Counted from the stretch's first letter, positions 11,781 to 24,059 are shown. The stretch: DNA of 64,000 bases from an uncultured Alphaproteobacteria bacterium (GCA_963757845.1 CAVWTB010000064.1:58233-122232), one strand, 5' to 3'. Notes: generated by a model from the letters alone, not told the origin. Numbers and translations are program-made.

Positions 11781-12602
11781 ATCAGCACCGGCGCGCGGAG
11801 CTGCGGGCTCGCAGCAGGTCCAGCGCACGCCGAGCTTCACGTCGTGCGAGGTGATGCCGTTGAAGTGCATCGGATTGTTGACGTTGTTGATGCCGGTGAA
11901 GGTGCGCAGGTCGCCGGACAGCGCGTCGCCGAGATGCACGTAGCGGTAGGCGAGTTCCATCGTCAGGCTGTTGGAGACCTTGTAGCCGAGACCGGCATGC
12001 AGGGCGTAGGCGAAGTTGAACTTCGATTCGTCGCTGGGCGAAGGCGACGCCGTTGGTGGCCGTGTTGGTGTCGACGAAGCTCGAGATCGTCATCTTCACG
12101 CCGCCGACGCCGACGCCGATGAACGGGGTGATGCACCACCAGGTGCCGAGGTCGGCATAGAGGTTGACCAGCGCCAGCCACTCTTCCTTGTTGCCGCGAT
12201 AGTCGTCGGTGCCGATCGGCACGCCGTTGAAGTTGACGATGTCGAGGCCGTGATGCTGAGCCTTGGCGCGATATTCACCGGTCACGTCGGCGCGGAACCA
12301 GTTGCCGAACTGATAGCCGACACCGACGCCGAACAGCGTCGCACCGCTGAAGCCTGCGCCGACCGTCTGCACGCTGATGCCGGGCGCCTCGTACAGCACG
12401 TTGTAGAGGCTCTTCACCCGCTGCTGCGTCAGGCCGACGTCGCCGCGCAGATACCAGCCGGCGAACTCGTCGACCGGCGGCGGCGGCGGCGCATAAGCCG
12501 GCGGCGGAGCGTAAGGGGGCGATGCGGCACGTCGGCGGCAAACGCCGAGGTGGACAGCAATGCCACCACTCCTGCAACAACAACAGACTTAACGCTACGC
12601 AT
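11781..12602 (-). CDS. Second, paralogous outer-membrane beta-barrel protein (Omp25/Omp31-like); frame breaks; 3' end approximate
   Basis: Signal peptide 'MRSVKSVVVAGVVALLSTSAFAADVP'. 'TVGAGFSGATLFGVGVGYQFGNWFRADVTGEYR'. C-terminal 'HDVKLGVRW'. Tandem with 10893-11621. Confidence 0.7.
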
Positions 12603-12686
12603 CGGCTTCGTCCTTTTGTCCCGTGCGGCCAGACGAAATGCGGCCACACTTCTGAAACCCATGGACTGGACGATGGCAGCAAAAAC

Positions 12687-12701
12687 TTAAGCGCCGCTTA
12701 A
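12687..12701. promoter_or_regulatory. Candidate CtrA box TTAA-N7-TTAA about 85 bp upstream of porin gene start
   Basis: 'TTAAgcgccgcTTAA' exact consensus spacing. A further TTAA-N9-TTAA pair lies at 12711-12727 in an unusually AT-rich stretch. Confidence 0.4.
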
Positions 12702-12845
12702 CCCTAATTCTTAACCGTGATTTTTAATCATCGTGATCGACACGCGGAACCGGCGACTCGCACGCAGCGATGAATGTGGCGAGCGATCGCCGCCTCGCTC
12801 GCCACAGTTGCTAACGAGAGTGTTGAGATTTGCCTGAGCGCCGGC

Positions 12846-14000
12846 TCAGGCCTTCGCGGGCTTCGGCATGTTCGGCAACAGGAAGCCGATCAATCCCATC
12901 GCCGGCAGGAACGAGCAGACGATGAACACGAACTCGATGCCGTGGATGTCGGCGAGCTTGCCGAGCGCTGCGGCGCCAAGGCCGCCGACGCCGAACGCGA
13001 AGCCGAAGAAGATGCCCGAGATCATGCCGACCCGGTGCGGCATCAGCTCCTGCGCGAAGACGATGATCGCCGCCGTCGCCGACGAGATGATGAAGCCCGC
13101 GGCCGCAACCGCGATCGTGCCGCCGATCAGGCCGAGCATGCGGCATCGCCAGCGCGAACGGCAGCGCGCCGAGGATCGAAAGCCAGATCACGTATTTGCG
13201 GCCGATGCGGTCGCCGATCGGACCGCCGAAGAACACGCCCGCGGCATTCGCGGCGAGAAACACGAACAGGTAGATCTGCGCCGCCTGGGTCGACACGCCG
13301 AACTTCTGCATCAGGTAGAACGTGTAGTAGCTCGACAGGCTGACGGTATAGAGCGCCTTGGTGAACGTCAGCAGCGCCAGCACGACGAGGCCGACGATGA
13401 TCTTCCGCGACGTCGGCAGGTTGGCCGGCATCGACGCGATCGCCTGTTTGCGCGAGACGATGCGCGGCTTGTACCAGCGGCCGACATTCCACAGCACCAG
13501 GATCGCGACGAACGCGATCAAGGAGAACCAGGCGATGCTCGGCTGGCCGAACGGCACGATGATGGCGGCGGCCAGCAGCGGGCCGACCGCGGTGCCGATA
13601 TTGCCGCCGACCTGGAACACCGCCTGCGCAAAGCCGTAGCGGCCGCCGGACGCAAGCCGCGCGATGCGCGCGGATTCGGGATGAAACACCGCCGAGCCGA
13701 AGCCGACGGTCGCCGCCGCCAGCAGGATGAACGCGAACTGGTTCGCGAGGCTCAGCATGATCAGGCCGGCGAAGGTGAAGAACATGCCGATCGCGAGCGA
13801 ATAGGGCTGCGCCTTGCGGTCGGTGACGATGCCGACCACCGGCTGCAGCAGCGACGTCGTGAACTGGAACGCCATCGTGATCAGGCCGATCTGCGTGAAG
13901 TCGAGCGCGTAGTTCGCCTTCAGGATCGGATAGACCGACGGGATCAGCGACTGCATGGTGTCGTTGAGGAAGTGCGAGAAGCTCAGGCCCCCGATCACCG
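12846..14000 (-). CDS. MFS transporter (Fsr/fosmidomycin-resistance-like family); one frame break near 13140
   Basis: 12-TMS pattern. 'GGLSFSHFLNDTMQSLIPSVYPILKANYALDFTQIGLITMAFQFTTSLLQPVVGIVTDR'. C-terminal segment in another frame 'ISGIFFGFAFGVGGLGAAALGKLAD'. Confidence 0.8.
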
Positions 14001-14289
14001 CATAGGCCGGCCCGCTGGACGCCTTCGCATCCGCAGCGCGGCCGGCAGCTCCGGCGCGACGACCGGCGCTGCGAGCGCTTCTTCGGTGACGATGACGGGC
14101 TTGTTCACGACTGCTTCCAAGGCTTCGAGTCTACTCGCTTCTCGTAGGTGCGAAACGGCCGATTTGGCTAGCGCACGAAGCGATGGCTGCCTTGCGACCT
14201 GCGGTGCGTGCGCGCAAGACGCGCAAGCGACTAGATTCGGAACTCTACGCGCTTGCGAGAGCAGTTCTCGCTTGCGCAGCAGGTAGCGG

Positions 14290-14752
14290 TGGCGGCCTTC
14301 GAGCACCATGACACCGTTCTGGTTGTGCACGGTCGAGCGCAGGCCGACGACGCCGGTGGAGCGGTTCGGCGTCAGCTCATCGACTTCAAGCACGGGATAG
14401 ACCGTGTCGCCGACGAACACGGGGCCGAGAAATTTGCTCGACTGCTCGATGAAGCCTTTCAGCGAGTCCTCGACCAGATGCGGAAACAGGCCCGCGCCGG
14501 CGGCGGTCTGGATCAGCACCTGAAAGCCGTGCGCCAGCATGTGCGGCATGCCGTGGCGGCGGCAGTATTCGACGTCGTAGTGGACCGGATGGTTGTCGCC
14601 GCTCGCGGCCTGGAAGGCGAGGAAGATCGCGTCCGTCATGGTCCGGCTCGGCAGCACGAAGCGTTCGCCGAGCTTGAAGTCCTCGAACCAGCGCTGCTCC
14701 TGGACAAGCCGATGTGCCGCCGGATCGAACGCGGCGCCCTTGTCGCTCACGC
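14290..14752 (-). CDS. MaoC-like (R)-specific enoyl-CoA hydratase/hot-dog fold protein; start overlaps glmM stop (GTGA); 3' end uncertain
   Basis: '[55 protein letters not shown]...[28 protein letters not shown]'. Stop apparently lost (read-through to 13995), probably by an indel. Confidence 0.7.
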
Positions 14753-16093
14753 CGCTGCGGCCTCGCCGACCGCCGCACAGATCGAATCGACGATATCCTC
14801 GACCAGGTCGCGATCGTCGCCCTCGCCCATCACGCGGATCACCGGCTCGGTGCCGGAGGCGCGGACCAGCAGGCGGCCGCTGCCGTTCAGCTTGCCTTCG
14901 GCGGCGGCGATCACGGACTTCACCGACGGATCGTCGAGCGGCTTGCCGTTGCGATAGCGGACGTTCTTCAGCACCTGCGGCAGCGGATCGAAACGGTGGC
15001 AGACTTCCGACACCGGGCGGTTGAGCTTGCGCACCACCGAGAGCACCTGCAGCGCTGCGACGAAGCCGTCGCCGGTGGTGTTGAAGTCGGACAGGATGAT
15101 GTGACCGGAGGACTCGCCGCCGACGTTGCAGTTCTGCGCGAGCATCTGCTCCAGCACGTAGCGGTCGCCGACCTGGGTGCGGATCAGCTTCAGCCCGATG
15201 CCTGCGAGATAGCGCTCGAGGCCGAGGTTGGACATCACGGTCGCGACGACGGCAGGCTGCGACAGGCGGCCGTCGTCCTTCCAGCTTTCGGCGATCACCG
15301 CCAGCAGCTGGTCGCCGTCGACGACGTGGCCGCGCTCGTCGGTGATGATCACGCGGTCCGCGTCGCCGTCGAGCGCGATGCCGATATCGGCGCGCATCTC
15401 GCGCACCTTGCGGCCGAGCGCTTCCGGCGCGGTCGAGCCGCAGTCCTTGTTGATGTTGAAGCCGTCCGGATCGACGCCGATGGCGATGACGTCGGCGCCG
15501 AGCTCCCACAGCGCCTCGGGCACCACCTTGTAGGCGGCGCCGTGCGCGCAATCGACCACGATGCGCAGGCCTTCGAGGCTGAGCGAGCGCGACAGCGTGC
15601 GCTTGGCGAATTCGATGTAGCGGTCGTACGTGCCGTCGATGCGGCGGGCGCGGCCGATGCTGGCGCTGTTGGCGAGCTTGCGCGTCAGGTCCTCATCGAG
15701 CAGTTGCTCGATCCGCATCTCGACGTCGTCGGACAGCTTGTAGCCGTCGGGACCGAACAGCTTGATGCCGTTGTCGTCGAACGGATTGTGCGAGGCGGAG
15801 ATCATCACGCCGAGGTCGGCGCGCATCGAGCGCGTCAGCATGGCGACGGCCGGCGTCGGCATCGGACCGAACAGCAGCACGTCCATGCCGACCGAGGTGA
15901 AGCCCGCCTGCAGCGCGGACTCGATCATGTAGCCGGACAGGCGCGTGTCCTTGCCGATCACGACGCGATGACGATGATCGCCGCGCAAGAACACCAGACC
16001 GGCCGCCTGGCCCACGCGCAACGCGAGCTCCGGCGTGATCACGCCGTTGGCGCGACCGCGGATTCCATCCGTTCCAAAATATTTGCGAGCCAT
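14747..16093 (-). CDS. glmM: Phosphoglucosamine mutase GlmM, intact
   Basis: 448-aa intact ORF '[17 protein letters not shown]', active-site '[14 protein letters not shown]', 'GDGDADR'. Confidence 0.95.
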   Translation of the reverse strand: MARKYFGTDGIRGRANGVITPELALRVGQAAGLVFLRGDHRHRVVIGKDTRLSGYMIESALQAGFTSVGMDVLLFGPMPTPAVAMLTRSMRADLGVMISASHNPFDDNGIKLFGPDGYKLSDDVEMRIEQLLDEDLTRKLANSASIGRARRIDGTYDRYIEFAKRTLSRSLSLEGLRIVVDCAHGAAYKVVPEALWELGADVIAIGVDPDGFNINKDCGSTAPEALGRKVREMRADIGIALDGDADRVIITDERGHVVDGDQLLAVIAESWKDDGRLSQPAVVATVMSNLGLERYLAGIGLKLIRTQVGDRYVLEQMLAQNCNVGGESSGHIILSDFNTTGDGFVAALQVLSVVRKLNRPVSEVCHRFDPLPQVLKNVRYRNGKPLDDPSVKSVIAAAEGKLNGSGRLLVRASGTEPVIRVMGEGDDRDLVEDIVDSICAAVGEAAAA

Positions 16094-16198
16094 CGACTAC
16101 CCCATCTCGCCGCCGACAACCGGCGCGAGCACCCCTGTCGTTGAGGGGCTTATAAAGGCTTTCGAACCTACTTGAACCTCAAAATATATATTGGAAAG

Positions 16199-16702
<504 letters not shown>

Positions 16703-16871
16703 CTAACGGCCCTGCAGCGCGCGTCGTTCCGCTCTTGCGCAGCGCGCAAAATCTCCTTTCTGCCGATTTGGCGCGCACGCAGGGCGTGATACAGCATCAA
16801 TCGAGACGGAACCGGCCTTGGGCTACAGCACCCGAACAACAGAAACGGGCGCGGGGCGTGTGCGGAGGAAA

Positions 16872-18022
16872 CGTGAAGGACATCACCTGCATCGAGGATT
16901 TGCGCGAACTGCACCGGCGCAAGGTGCCGAAGGCGTTCTTCGACTATGTCGATCACGGCTCCTATGCCGAGGAGACGCTGCGCGCCAACCGCGCCGACCT
17001 CGAGGCGATCAAATTCCGCCAGCGCATTCTCGTCGACATTTCGGTGCGCGACCAGCGGACGAAAATCCTCGGCGAAGACGCGAGCATGCCGCTGATCCTC
17101 GCGCCGGTCGGCTCCACCGGCATGCAGATCGGCGACGGCGAAATCCTCGCCTGCCGCGCCGCGCAGGCCGCCGGCATTCCCTACACGCTCTCCACCATGT
17201 CGATCTGCTCGATCGAGGACGTCGCCGCCAATGTCGAGAAGCCGTTCTGGTTCCAGCTCTACGTGATGAAGGACCGCGGCTTCTGCAAATCGCTGATCGA
17301 GCGGGCGATCGCCGCCAAATGCAGCGCGCTGGTGCTCACCGTCGACCTGCAGATCCTCGGCCAGCGCCACATGGACATCAAGAACGGCCTGTCGGTGCCG
17401 CCGAACCTGATGCGGCTGAAGAACATCATCGACTTCGCCTCGAAACCGCGCTGGCTGATGAGCATCGCCCGCGCCAAGCGGCGCGACTTCGGCAACATCA
17501 TCGGCCACCTGCAGGGCGCGAAGGACCTCAACTCCACCGCCACCCGCGTCTCGCAGCAGTTCGATCCGTCGCTGAGCTGGAAGGACGTGGAGTGGATCCG
17601 CTCGATCTGGCCGGGCAAGATCATCCTGAAAGGCATTCACGACGTCGAGGATGCGCGAGCAGGCGGTGAAGACCGGCGCGCACGGCATCGTCGTCTCCAA
17701 CCACGGCGGCCGGCAGCTCGACGGCGCGCCGTCGTCGATCTCGGTGCTGCCGAAGGTCGTCGACGCGGTCGGCTCGCAGACGGAGGTGATCTTCGACAGC
17801 GGCATCCGCTCGGGCCAGGACGTGCTGCGCGCGCTGGCGCTCGGCGCAAAATCCTGCATGATCGGCCGCGCCTACATCTACGGGCTCGGCGCCGGCGGCC
17901 AGGCCGGCGTCACCAAGGCGCTGGAGGTGATCTGCAACGAGCTCAGCGTCACCATGGGCCTGTGCGGCGTGAACAAGATCGAGGACATCAACCAGAACAT
18001 CCTGGTCGGCTATCAGAACTGA
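16872..18022 (+). CDS. FMN-dependent alpha-hydroxy acid dehydrogenase (L-lactate dehydrogenase LldD / glycolate oxidase family); one frame break near 17650
   Basis: 'KAFFDYVDHGSYAEETLRANRADLEAIKFRQRILVD', 'FWFQLYVMKDRG', C-terminal 'GAHGIVVSNHGGRQLDGAPSSISVLPKVVDAV...FDSGIRSGQDVLRALALGA'. Confidence 0.85.
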
Positions 18023-18032
18023 CGGAAGTACG

Positions 18033-18163
18033 TAGCCCGGATGACATAGGCGGCCTTCAGGCCGCCGTTCTTGAGAACGCCGATGCTTCGCATCGGCTAT
18101 GGCGTAATCCGGGATGCGTTGCTAAGTCGGCCCCCGGATTTCGCTGCGCTTCATCCGGGCTAC
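18033..18163. repeat. Composite of two 'AGCCCGGATG...ATCCGGG'-type hairpin repeats in the lldD/PNPOx intergenic region
   Basis: 'tagcccggatgacat...gtaatccgggatgcg' and 'cccccggatttcgctgcgcttcatccgggctac'. Related degenerate copies near 6488 and 20790. Confidence 0.6.
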
Positions 18164-18183
18164 ATTGACGAACGGAGGCGCGC

Positions 18184-18785
18184 GATGACCAGCCTGCTCT
18201 ATCACGACGGCAATCGCGCGCTGCAGGACGAGTTCGGCTCGCGGCCGCTCGCCGACCGGCTGGAAGAAAAGCTCACGCGCACGCGAATTCACCGCCGACG
18301 ACAAGGCCTATATCGAATCCTGCATCTACTTCTTCGTGGCGACCGCTGACGCCGAAGGCCGGCCCGACTGCTCGTTCAAGGGCGGCGCGCCGGGCTTCGT
18401 GCGCATCACCGGGCCGTCGGAGCTGGCGTTTCCCGACTATGACGGCAACGGCATGTTCAAGAGCCTCGGCAACCTCAGCGTCAATCCGCATGTCGGGCTG
18501 CTGTTCATCGCCATGCACGACAAGCCGAAGCGGCTGCGCGTCAACGGCGAGGCGCGGATTTCGCGCGACGATCCGCTGCTGAAGGAGATCCCCGGCGCGC
18601 AGATGATCGTGCGCGTGACGGCGCACGCGATCTTCCCGAACTGCCCGCGCTACATCCCGCAGCTGACGTTGAGCGAGCCGTCGGTCTACACGCCGCAGCA
18701 GGACGTCACGCCGGTCGAGCCCGCGTGGAAGAAGTTCGACATGTTCAAGGACGTCGTGCCGCCCCGGGCGCCGACGGCGACGTAG
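18184..18785 (+). CDS. Pyridoxamine 5'-phosphate oxidase-like FMN-binding protein; one frame break near 18290
   Basis: 'MTSLLYHDGNRALQDEFGSRPLADRLEEKLTR' then 'YFFVATADAEGRPDCSFKGGAPGFVRITGPSELAFPDYDGNGMFKSLGNLSVNPHVGLLFI'. Confidence 0.7.
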
Positions 18786-18930
18786 TCGTCATTGCGAGCG
18801 AAGCGAAGCAATCCAGCTGCGCGCCGGCAGGCGCGCGAAATAGAAGGGCTGAGTTGCGCGACTGCTGCGCTTTCTTTGGTTCGGGCGCGCTTCGCGCGCG
18901 CTGGATTGCTTCGCTTCGCTCGCAATGACG
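18781..18930. repeat. ~150-bp palindromic REP element (Bradyrhizobiaceae type) between convergent genes
   Basis: 'gtcattgcgagcgaagcgaagcaatccagctgcgcgccggcaggcgcgcg...cgcgcgctggattgcttcgcttcgctcgcaatgacg', near-perfect long inverted repeat. Confidence 0.85.
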
Positions 18931-18934
18931 ATTC

Positions 18935-20574
18935 CTACCTCCCGAACACCACCGTCTTGTCGGTCGGCCAGCGCACGCGCCAGCCGAATTTCACCTCGCG
19001 GGTCTCGCCGGGGGGCACGTCCATGGTCCAGGCCATCACGCCGCGCTGGTCGCGCACGTCGCGCTGGGTCGGCTGCGTGGACGAGGCAGCATCTCGACCT
19101 GGATCTCCGAATTCTCCGCGACCGGCAGCTGCTCCTCGATCGTCACCTTGACCGGCGACGTGTGGCCGTTGCGCATGACGATCTTGAACTCGCGCTCGTC
19201 GGTCTTCGACGAGGTGATGATGCCGGCCGCGCCTTCGTTCTTGCGCACCACCGAACGGGTGACCTTCACCTGCTCGTCGGCGCCGAAGCCGAGCTGGACG
19301 GTCTCGTCCTTCTGCGTCGCCGCCATCTGGCCGCGGCCGACGAAGGTGCCGTCGCGATAGAGGCTGACGCGGCCGGCCAGCAGCGGCGCTTCCTCGGTCT
19401 GCTTGAAGGTCGCTTCGAGATAGGCGGTGTCGTCGACAACGGGCGCTGCGCGCACCAGCAGCTCCGGAGCCGCAGTCATCGACGCAATGCGCAGCGACCG
19501 CGCGCCCTCGCCCGCGCCGAGGCTGACGCGGCCGGGAATGCGGAACACCGCCTGGAAGCCGCTCACGTCGACCACCGCTACGCGCTCCTCGACCGCTTCA
19601 GCGGCACCGGCCCTTTCCCGCGCCGCATCGTGCATCAGACCCGCCGAGCGCGAGGCTGGCGGGTGAGGCTGCGGGCGCCGGCATCACCGGCCGCGGCACC
19701 GGGTCGGCGGATAGCGCACGATCACCGTGTTCAGGTTCGGCGCGCTGCCGCCGCGCGCGGTGCGCACGGTGGAGACGGCGAGCGCGACATTGGCCCAGTC
19801 CTCGCCGGTGCGCTGCACGATCTCGGCGCGGCGCACCAGTTCGAGCGAGGCTTTGCGATCCTTCGCGCCGGTGTCGAGGCGCGCGTCGTAGAGCGGCACC
19901 CAGCGCGCATCGCGCACCGAGTAGCTGACGCGCAGCGTCGCGGTCGCGGCCGCCTGCGCGGCGAGATCGATCCGCACCTCCATCTTGCGCGGCGGATCGG
20001 TGCGCTGGCCGGATCTCAGGATGGCGATCTCCGCCTCGATCTCGCGCTTCTTCACCTGCAGGCCGCGGATCGTCTCGTCGGCGCGGCTGATCTCCTCCTC
20101 GATCGCCTTGAACGCCTCGCGCCATTCGGCGAGCGGCCGCGCATTGCTCTCCTCGCCGAGACCGAGCGGCGCGTCGGTGGCGAAGCGGCGGGCGAAAGCT
20201 TTGCGCACGTTGGCCGCGGAAATCCTGTCATCGAGCAAGCGGCCCTCGTCCTGCAGCGCCTGCAGCTTCTTCTCGCGCTCGGGCGTGCTCTGCACCGGCT
20301 GCGGCGCGGGAGGCCGCGCGTCGATCGAGCCGATCTGCATGCGGGCGCCGCCCTCGCCTTCCACCCGGAGCGATGCCGGGTCGAGGCCGAGCGGAAAATC
20401 GCGCGCCAGCACGACGTTCTCGCCGGCGGGCAGGTTGACCTTCAGCACGCGGGTCACGGTCGCGCCGTCCGGATAGACCGTCACCGTGTCGATTGCGGAC
20501 GTGGCTTCGATGTCGGCGGCGGACGCCGCCACGACAGAGCCCATAACAGTCAGAAACGTCAGAAGAATGCGCAA
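18935..20574 (-). CDS. DUF4139/DUF4140 (mucoidy-inhibitor MuiA-like) secreted protein; frame breaks
   Basis: Signal peptide 'MRILLTFLTVMGSVVAASAAD'. 'VTVYPDGATVTRV...LPAGENVVLARDFPLGLDPASLRVEG', coiled-coil 'IRGLQVKKREIEAEIAILRS', C-terminal 'REVKFGWRVRWPTDKTVVFGR*'. Confidence 0.7.
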
Positions 20575-20844
20575 GGGAGCCTCCCCTCAGAGGTGAACGG
20601 CGAAGGTCTATCGGCCGAAGTCTGGATTCACGTGACCGCAGTATGGCGTTTTACCGGCAGTCATCTGTCGCACGAACTTCGCCGCCGGTTCATGGACTTT
20701 GGCGTCGCGGAAGCGTGACGCCAGTCTCCCCTTACGCCGAATTGAAGCCCGGGTGAGCGCAGCGACATCGGGACCTCATGCCGAGTCAGCCCGGATATCG
20801 CTGCGCTCATCCGCTATCCGCAGCCGACTTCCGCCCTGCGAAAT

Positions 20845-20927
20845 ATATATCCAACGGATGCATATCTCCGTTGCGGCAGACCGCGCGCGTTTTTGCTTCG
20901 CACGCCAAAAGCATCCAATGGATATAT
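20845..20927. promoter_or_regulatory. Candidate operator: distal inverted half-sites ATATATCCAACGGATGC / GCATCCAATGGATATAT plus internal palindrome CAACGGAtgcatatcTCCGTTG, upstream of crotonase gene and near the TetR gene
   Basis: Seen directly at 20845-20861, 20852-20873 and 20911-20927, in a locally AT-rich leader. RBS 'AAGGAG' and ATG at 20968 follow. Confidence 0.45.
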
Positions 20928-20967
20928 TTAAACACGCCAACGAGAAATATCTTAAGGAGACACGCAT

Positions 20968-21697
20968 GCCGGGCCCGGTCACCTATTCCCGCGATGGAGC
21001 GATCAGCCGGATCGTCATGGACGACGGCAAGGCCAACGTCATGTCGCTGGCGATGCTGAACGCGCTGCATGCCGCGTTCGACCAAGCCGAGCGCGACAAG
21101 GGCGTCACGGTGCTCTCCTCGCGCGGAAAACATTTTTCCGGCGGCTTCGATCTCAACGTGTTCGCGAAGGGCAGCGCGGACGAGCAGTATCAGATGGTGA
21201 AGGCCGGCGCCGAGCTGGCGCTGCGCATCCTGTCGTTTCCGTTTCCGGTGGTCGCCGCCTGCCACGGCAACGCCTATCCGATGGGCGCCTTCCTGATCAT
21301 GTCGTCGGATCATCGCATCGCCGCGGAAGGCGACTACCGCATCGGCATGAACGAGGTCGCGATCGGCATCACCCCGCCGCGCTGGGCGATCGAGGTCGCG
21401 CGCCAGCGGCTGACGCCCGCCTACCTCAGCCGCACCGTGGTGACGGGCGAGATGTTCGGTCCCGGCGGAGGCGGTGACGGCGGGCTTCTTCGACCGCCTG
21501 GTGCCGGCGGCCGACCTCGAGCGCACCGCGCTGGAGGCGGCGCTGGCCATCAGCAAGATCAATCTCGCCAACCATGCCGTCGCCAAGCAACGCCTGCGCG
21601 GCGAGACGATCGCAAAAATCCGCCGCGTGATCGACGAGGACATCACGCCGCAATACGGCGAGGATCGCGTGGCCAGCCGTGCTGCAAGCGCCTGACT
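20968..21697 (+). CDS. Enoyl-CoA hydratase/isomerase (crotonase) family protein; one frame break near 21450
   Basis: 'ISRIVMDDGKANVMSLAMLNALHAAFDQAERDKGVTVLSSRGKHFSGGFDL...PVVAACHGNAYPMGAFLIMSSDHRIA'. Confidence 0.8.
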
Positions 21698-21907
21698 TAA
21701 GGCCCTCATGGTGAGGAGCCCGGCGTAGCCTGAAAGGCGAAGTCGGGCGTCTCGAACCACGAGGCCACGGCGCTCACCCAGACTACCTTGCGGCACGTCC
21801 CCGGCTTTCATCCTTCGAGACGCCCTGCTTCGCTCTCCCGCCTTCGCGCTTTGCGCTTCGGCGCGGCAAGTCGAGCTTCGCAGGGCTCCTCAGGATGAGG
21901 TAAAGCT

Positions 21908-22507
21908 TTGGCGAGGCCGGCCAGGCCTCGATCGGATTCGCCGCAGATCATGCCGACCAAACCGCGCCGCAAGACCTATCGCCACGGCAATGTGCATGCC
22001 GAGGCGATCGCGGCAGCCTGGCGGCTGATTGCGAAAGCCGGACACGAGGCGCTGAGCGTGCGGCAGGTGGCGGATGCGGTCGGCGTCGCGCACCGCTCGC
22101 TCTACAATCACTTCAAGGATCGCGAGGCGCTGCTCGACGCGGTGGCGACCGAAGCCTTCGCGCGGCTTGGCAACACGCTGAAGGCGGCGAAGACGAAGGA
22201 AGACTACACCGCCACCTATGTCCGCTTCGCGCTGGCGAACCGGCATCTCTACCGGCTGATGACCAGCCGGCCGCACGCGACGATGAAATTCAATCCGCCG
22301 CTGCAGAGCGCGGTGCACAGCGTCATCACCGAAGGCCTGCGGCTGTTCACCGATCCGAAGCAGAGCTCGGCCGAGCGGCGGCGGGCGATGATGAAGGTGT
22401 TCATCATCCACTTCGGCGGCATCACCCAGTATGTGAACGGCGTGCTCGACCTGCCGAACGAGGATGCGCTGGTGGCGGAGCTGTCGGCGATGACGGCGGG
22501 GAAATAG
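21908..22507 (+). CDS. TetR/AcrR family transcriptional regulator, intact
   Basis: HTH 'LSVRQVADAVGVAHRSLYNHFKDREALL' plus ligand-binding helical domain. Confidence 0.85.
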   Translation: MARPARPRSDSPQIMPTKPRRKTYRHGNVHAEAIAAAWRLIAKAGHEALSVRQVADAVGVAHRSLYNHFKDREALLDAVATEAFARLGNTLKAAKTKEDYTATYVRFALANRHLYRLMTSRPHATMKFNPPLQSAVHSVITEGLRLFTDPKQSSAERRRAMMKVFIIHFGGITQYVNGVLDLPNEDALVAELSAMTAGK

Positions 22508-22603
22508 GGCTCCGGCTCAGCGACAAAGCTGTCAAACTCATGTCCGAAAGATAGCCTAGATCTTGCCTGGCGAGGCTTGGCGCTGCTGATCCGGGAGGGC
22601 TTC

Positions 22604-23958
22604 ATGACCATCGGGCTCTTGCGCGTGACTGTTGCCGGTCTGACCTTTGCGACGGCTCTTGCCGCGCATCCGGTTGCTGCCGATCCCGTGGCGCTGCGTG
22701 CCTACAACGCCGCCATCAACGAAAGCTCGATCTCCGGCATTTCGTCGGGCGGATTCATGGCTGTCCAGTTCGGCACGGCCTGGTCGTCAGTGATCAAGGG
22801 GCGTGGGCATCGTTGCAGGTGGTCCGTACTGGTGTGCCAAAGCCGACGCGTACGATTTCATCACCTGGTACTGGGGGCCGATTTTCCGGGCCACGGGCGC
22901 ATGCATGAACGGGCCGCGGTCGGACCTGAACCTGGACGCCTTCATCGCCAAGGCAAACGCCAAGGCCGCCTCCGGCGACATCGATCCCATCCAGAATCTG
23001 AGCCGGCAGAAGATCTATATTTTTCATGGCTACAACGACAAGCTCGTGGCCAGGGAGCAACCGATGCCGCTGCAGACTTCTATCGCCACTATCTCGGCGC
23101 GCCCAATCGCGGCAACTTTTTTACCAGACGACGGTTGGCGCCGGTCACTCGCTCGTCGTTTTGCCGAAACCGGGCGCCGACGGACTCAATGGCTGCAACG
23201 ACAATGATAGTCCGTACATCGACCAGTGCGCCTACGATCAGGCAGGCATCATCCTGCAGCACATTTACGGCGCCTTGAAGCCGCCCAATCGCGGGCAACT
23301 GACCGGCACGATCAGCCAATTCGATCAGTCCGTGTACACGAAGCCCGATGCGCCGAGCGCGCTAAGCCTGGCAGACGCCGGCCATGTCTTCGTCCCCAAG
23401 GACTGCGCCGACGGCGCCGCCTGCCGTGTTCATATTGTCCTGCACGGATGCAAGCAGACCGTCGCCGACATCGGCCGGCGGTTCGTCGATGACACCGGCT
23501 ACAACGCCTGGGCCGACACGAACCGCCTGATCGTTCTCTATCCGCAGACCCGGTCCGGATCGGCCAATCCACTCGCATGCTGGGACTGGTGGAGCTACGT
23601 CAATCACACCGACAACTATGTCACGAAGTCCGGGCCACAGATCAGGACGATCAAGGCCATGCTGAACGCGCTGACGGCCGGCGCGACGCCAGTCGTGGCA
23701 ACGCCGCCAGCCTCCGGCGTGGCACCGAATGCACTGGCCGTCATCGACACGACGGATACGGCTGCGGACCTGGTGTGGGCGGCGGTCGCGGGCGTGACGA
23801 CCTATCGAGTCTGGCGCGCGGACGATGCCAATCCGTTCAAGGCCGTGGGTGATGTTGCGGGTCCAAGCTTCGGTGACACCGGGCTCGCTCCGAAGTCACG
23901 CTATCGCTGGCGCGTCGCGGCGATCGTGAACGGCGCGGAAGGGTCCACCTTCCGATGA
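22604..23958 (+). CDS. Secreted esterase of the PHB-depolymerase (esterase_phb) family with C-terminal fibronectin type III domain; two frame breaks
   Basis: Signal peptide 'MTIGLLRVTVAGLTFATALAAHPVAA'. Nucleophile elbow 'GISSGGFMAV'. 'RVHIVLHGCKQT', 'LIVLYPQT'. FN3-like 'TTYRVWRADDANPFKAVGDVAGPSFGDTGLAPKSRYRWRV'. Confidence 0.7.
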
Positions 23959-24059
23959 GGTTGTCGCGACGACGCGAGCGACCCCCGCTCCCTGCAACAA
24001 CCCTGGCGCCTGCCCGATTCAATAGATGCGGCTAGCGGTTTCTGTTCGACGAGGCGCAG

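Noticed and set aside
16735-16871. N-terminal 45-codon extension of the lactate-dehydrogenase-like ORF ('MRSAQNLLSADLARTQG...')
   Set aside because: Homologues begin near the 'KAFFDYVDHG' region shortly after the start. The extension has no RBS and atypical composition. Start placed at the GTG at 16872.
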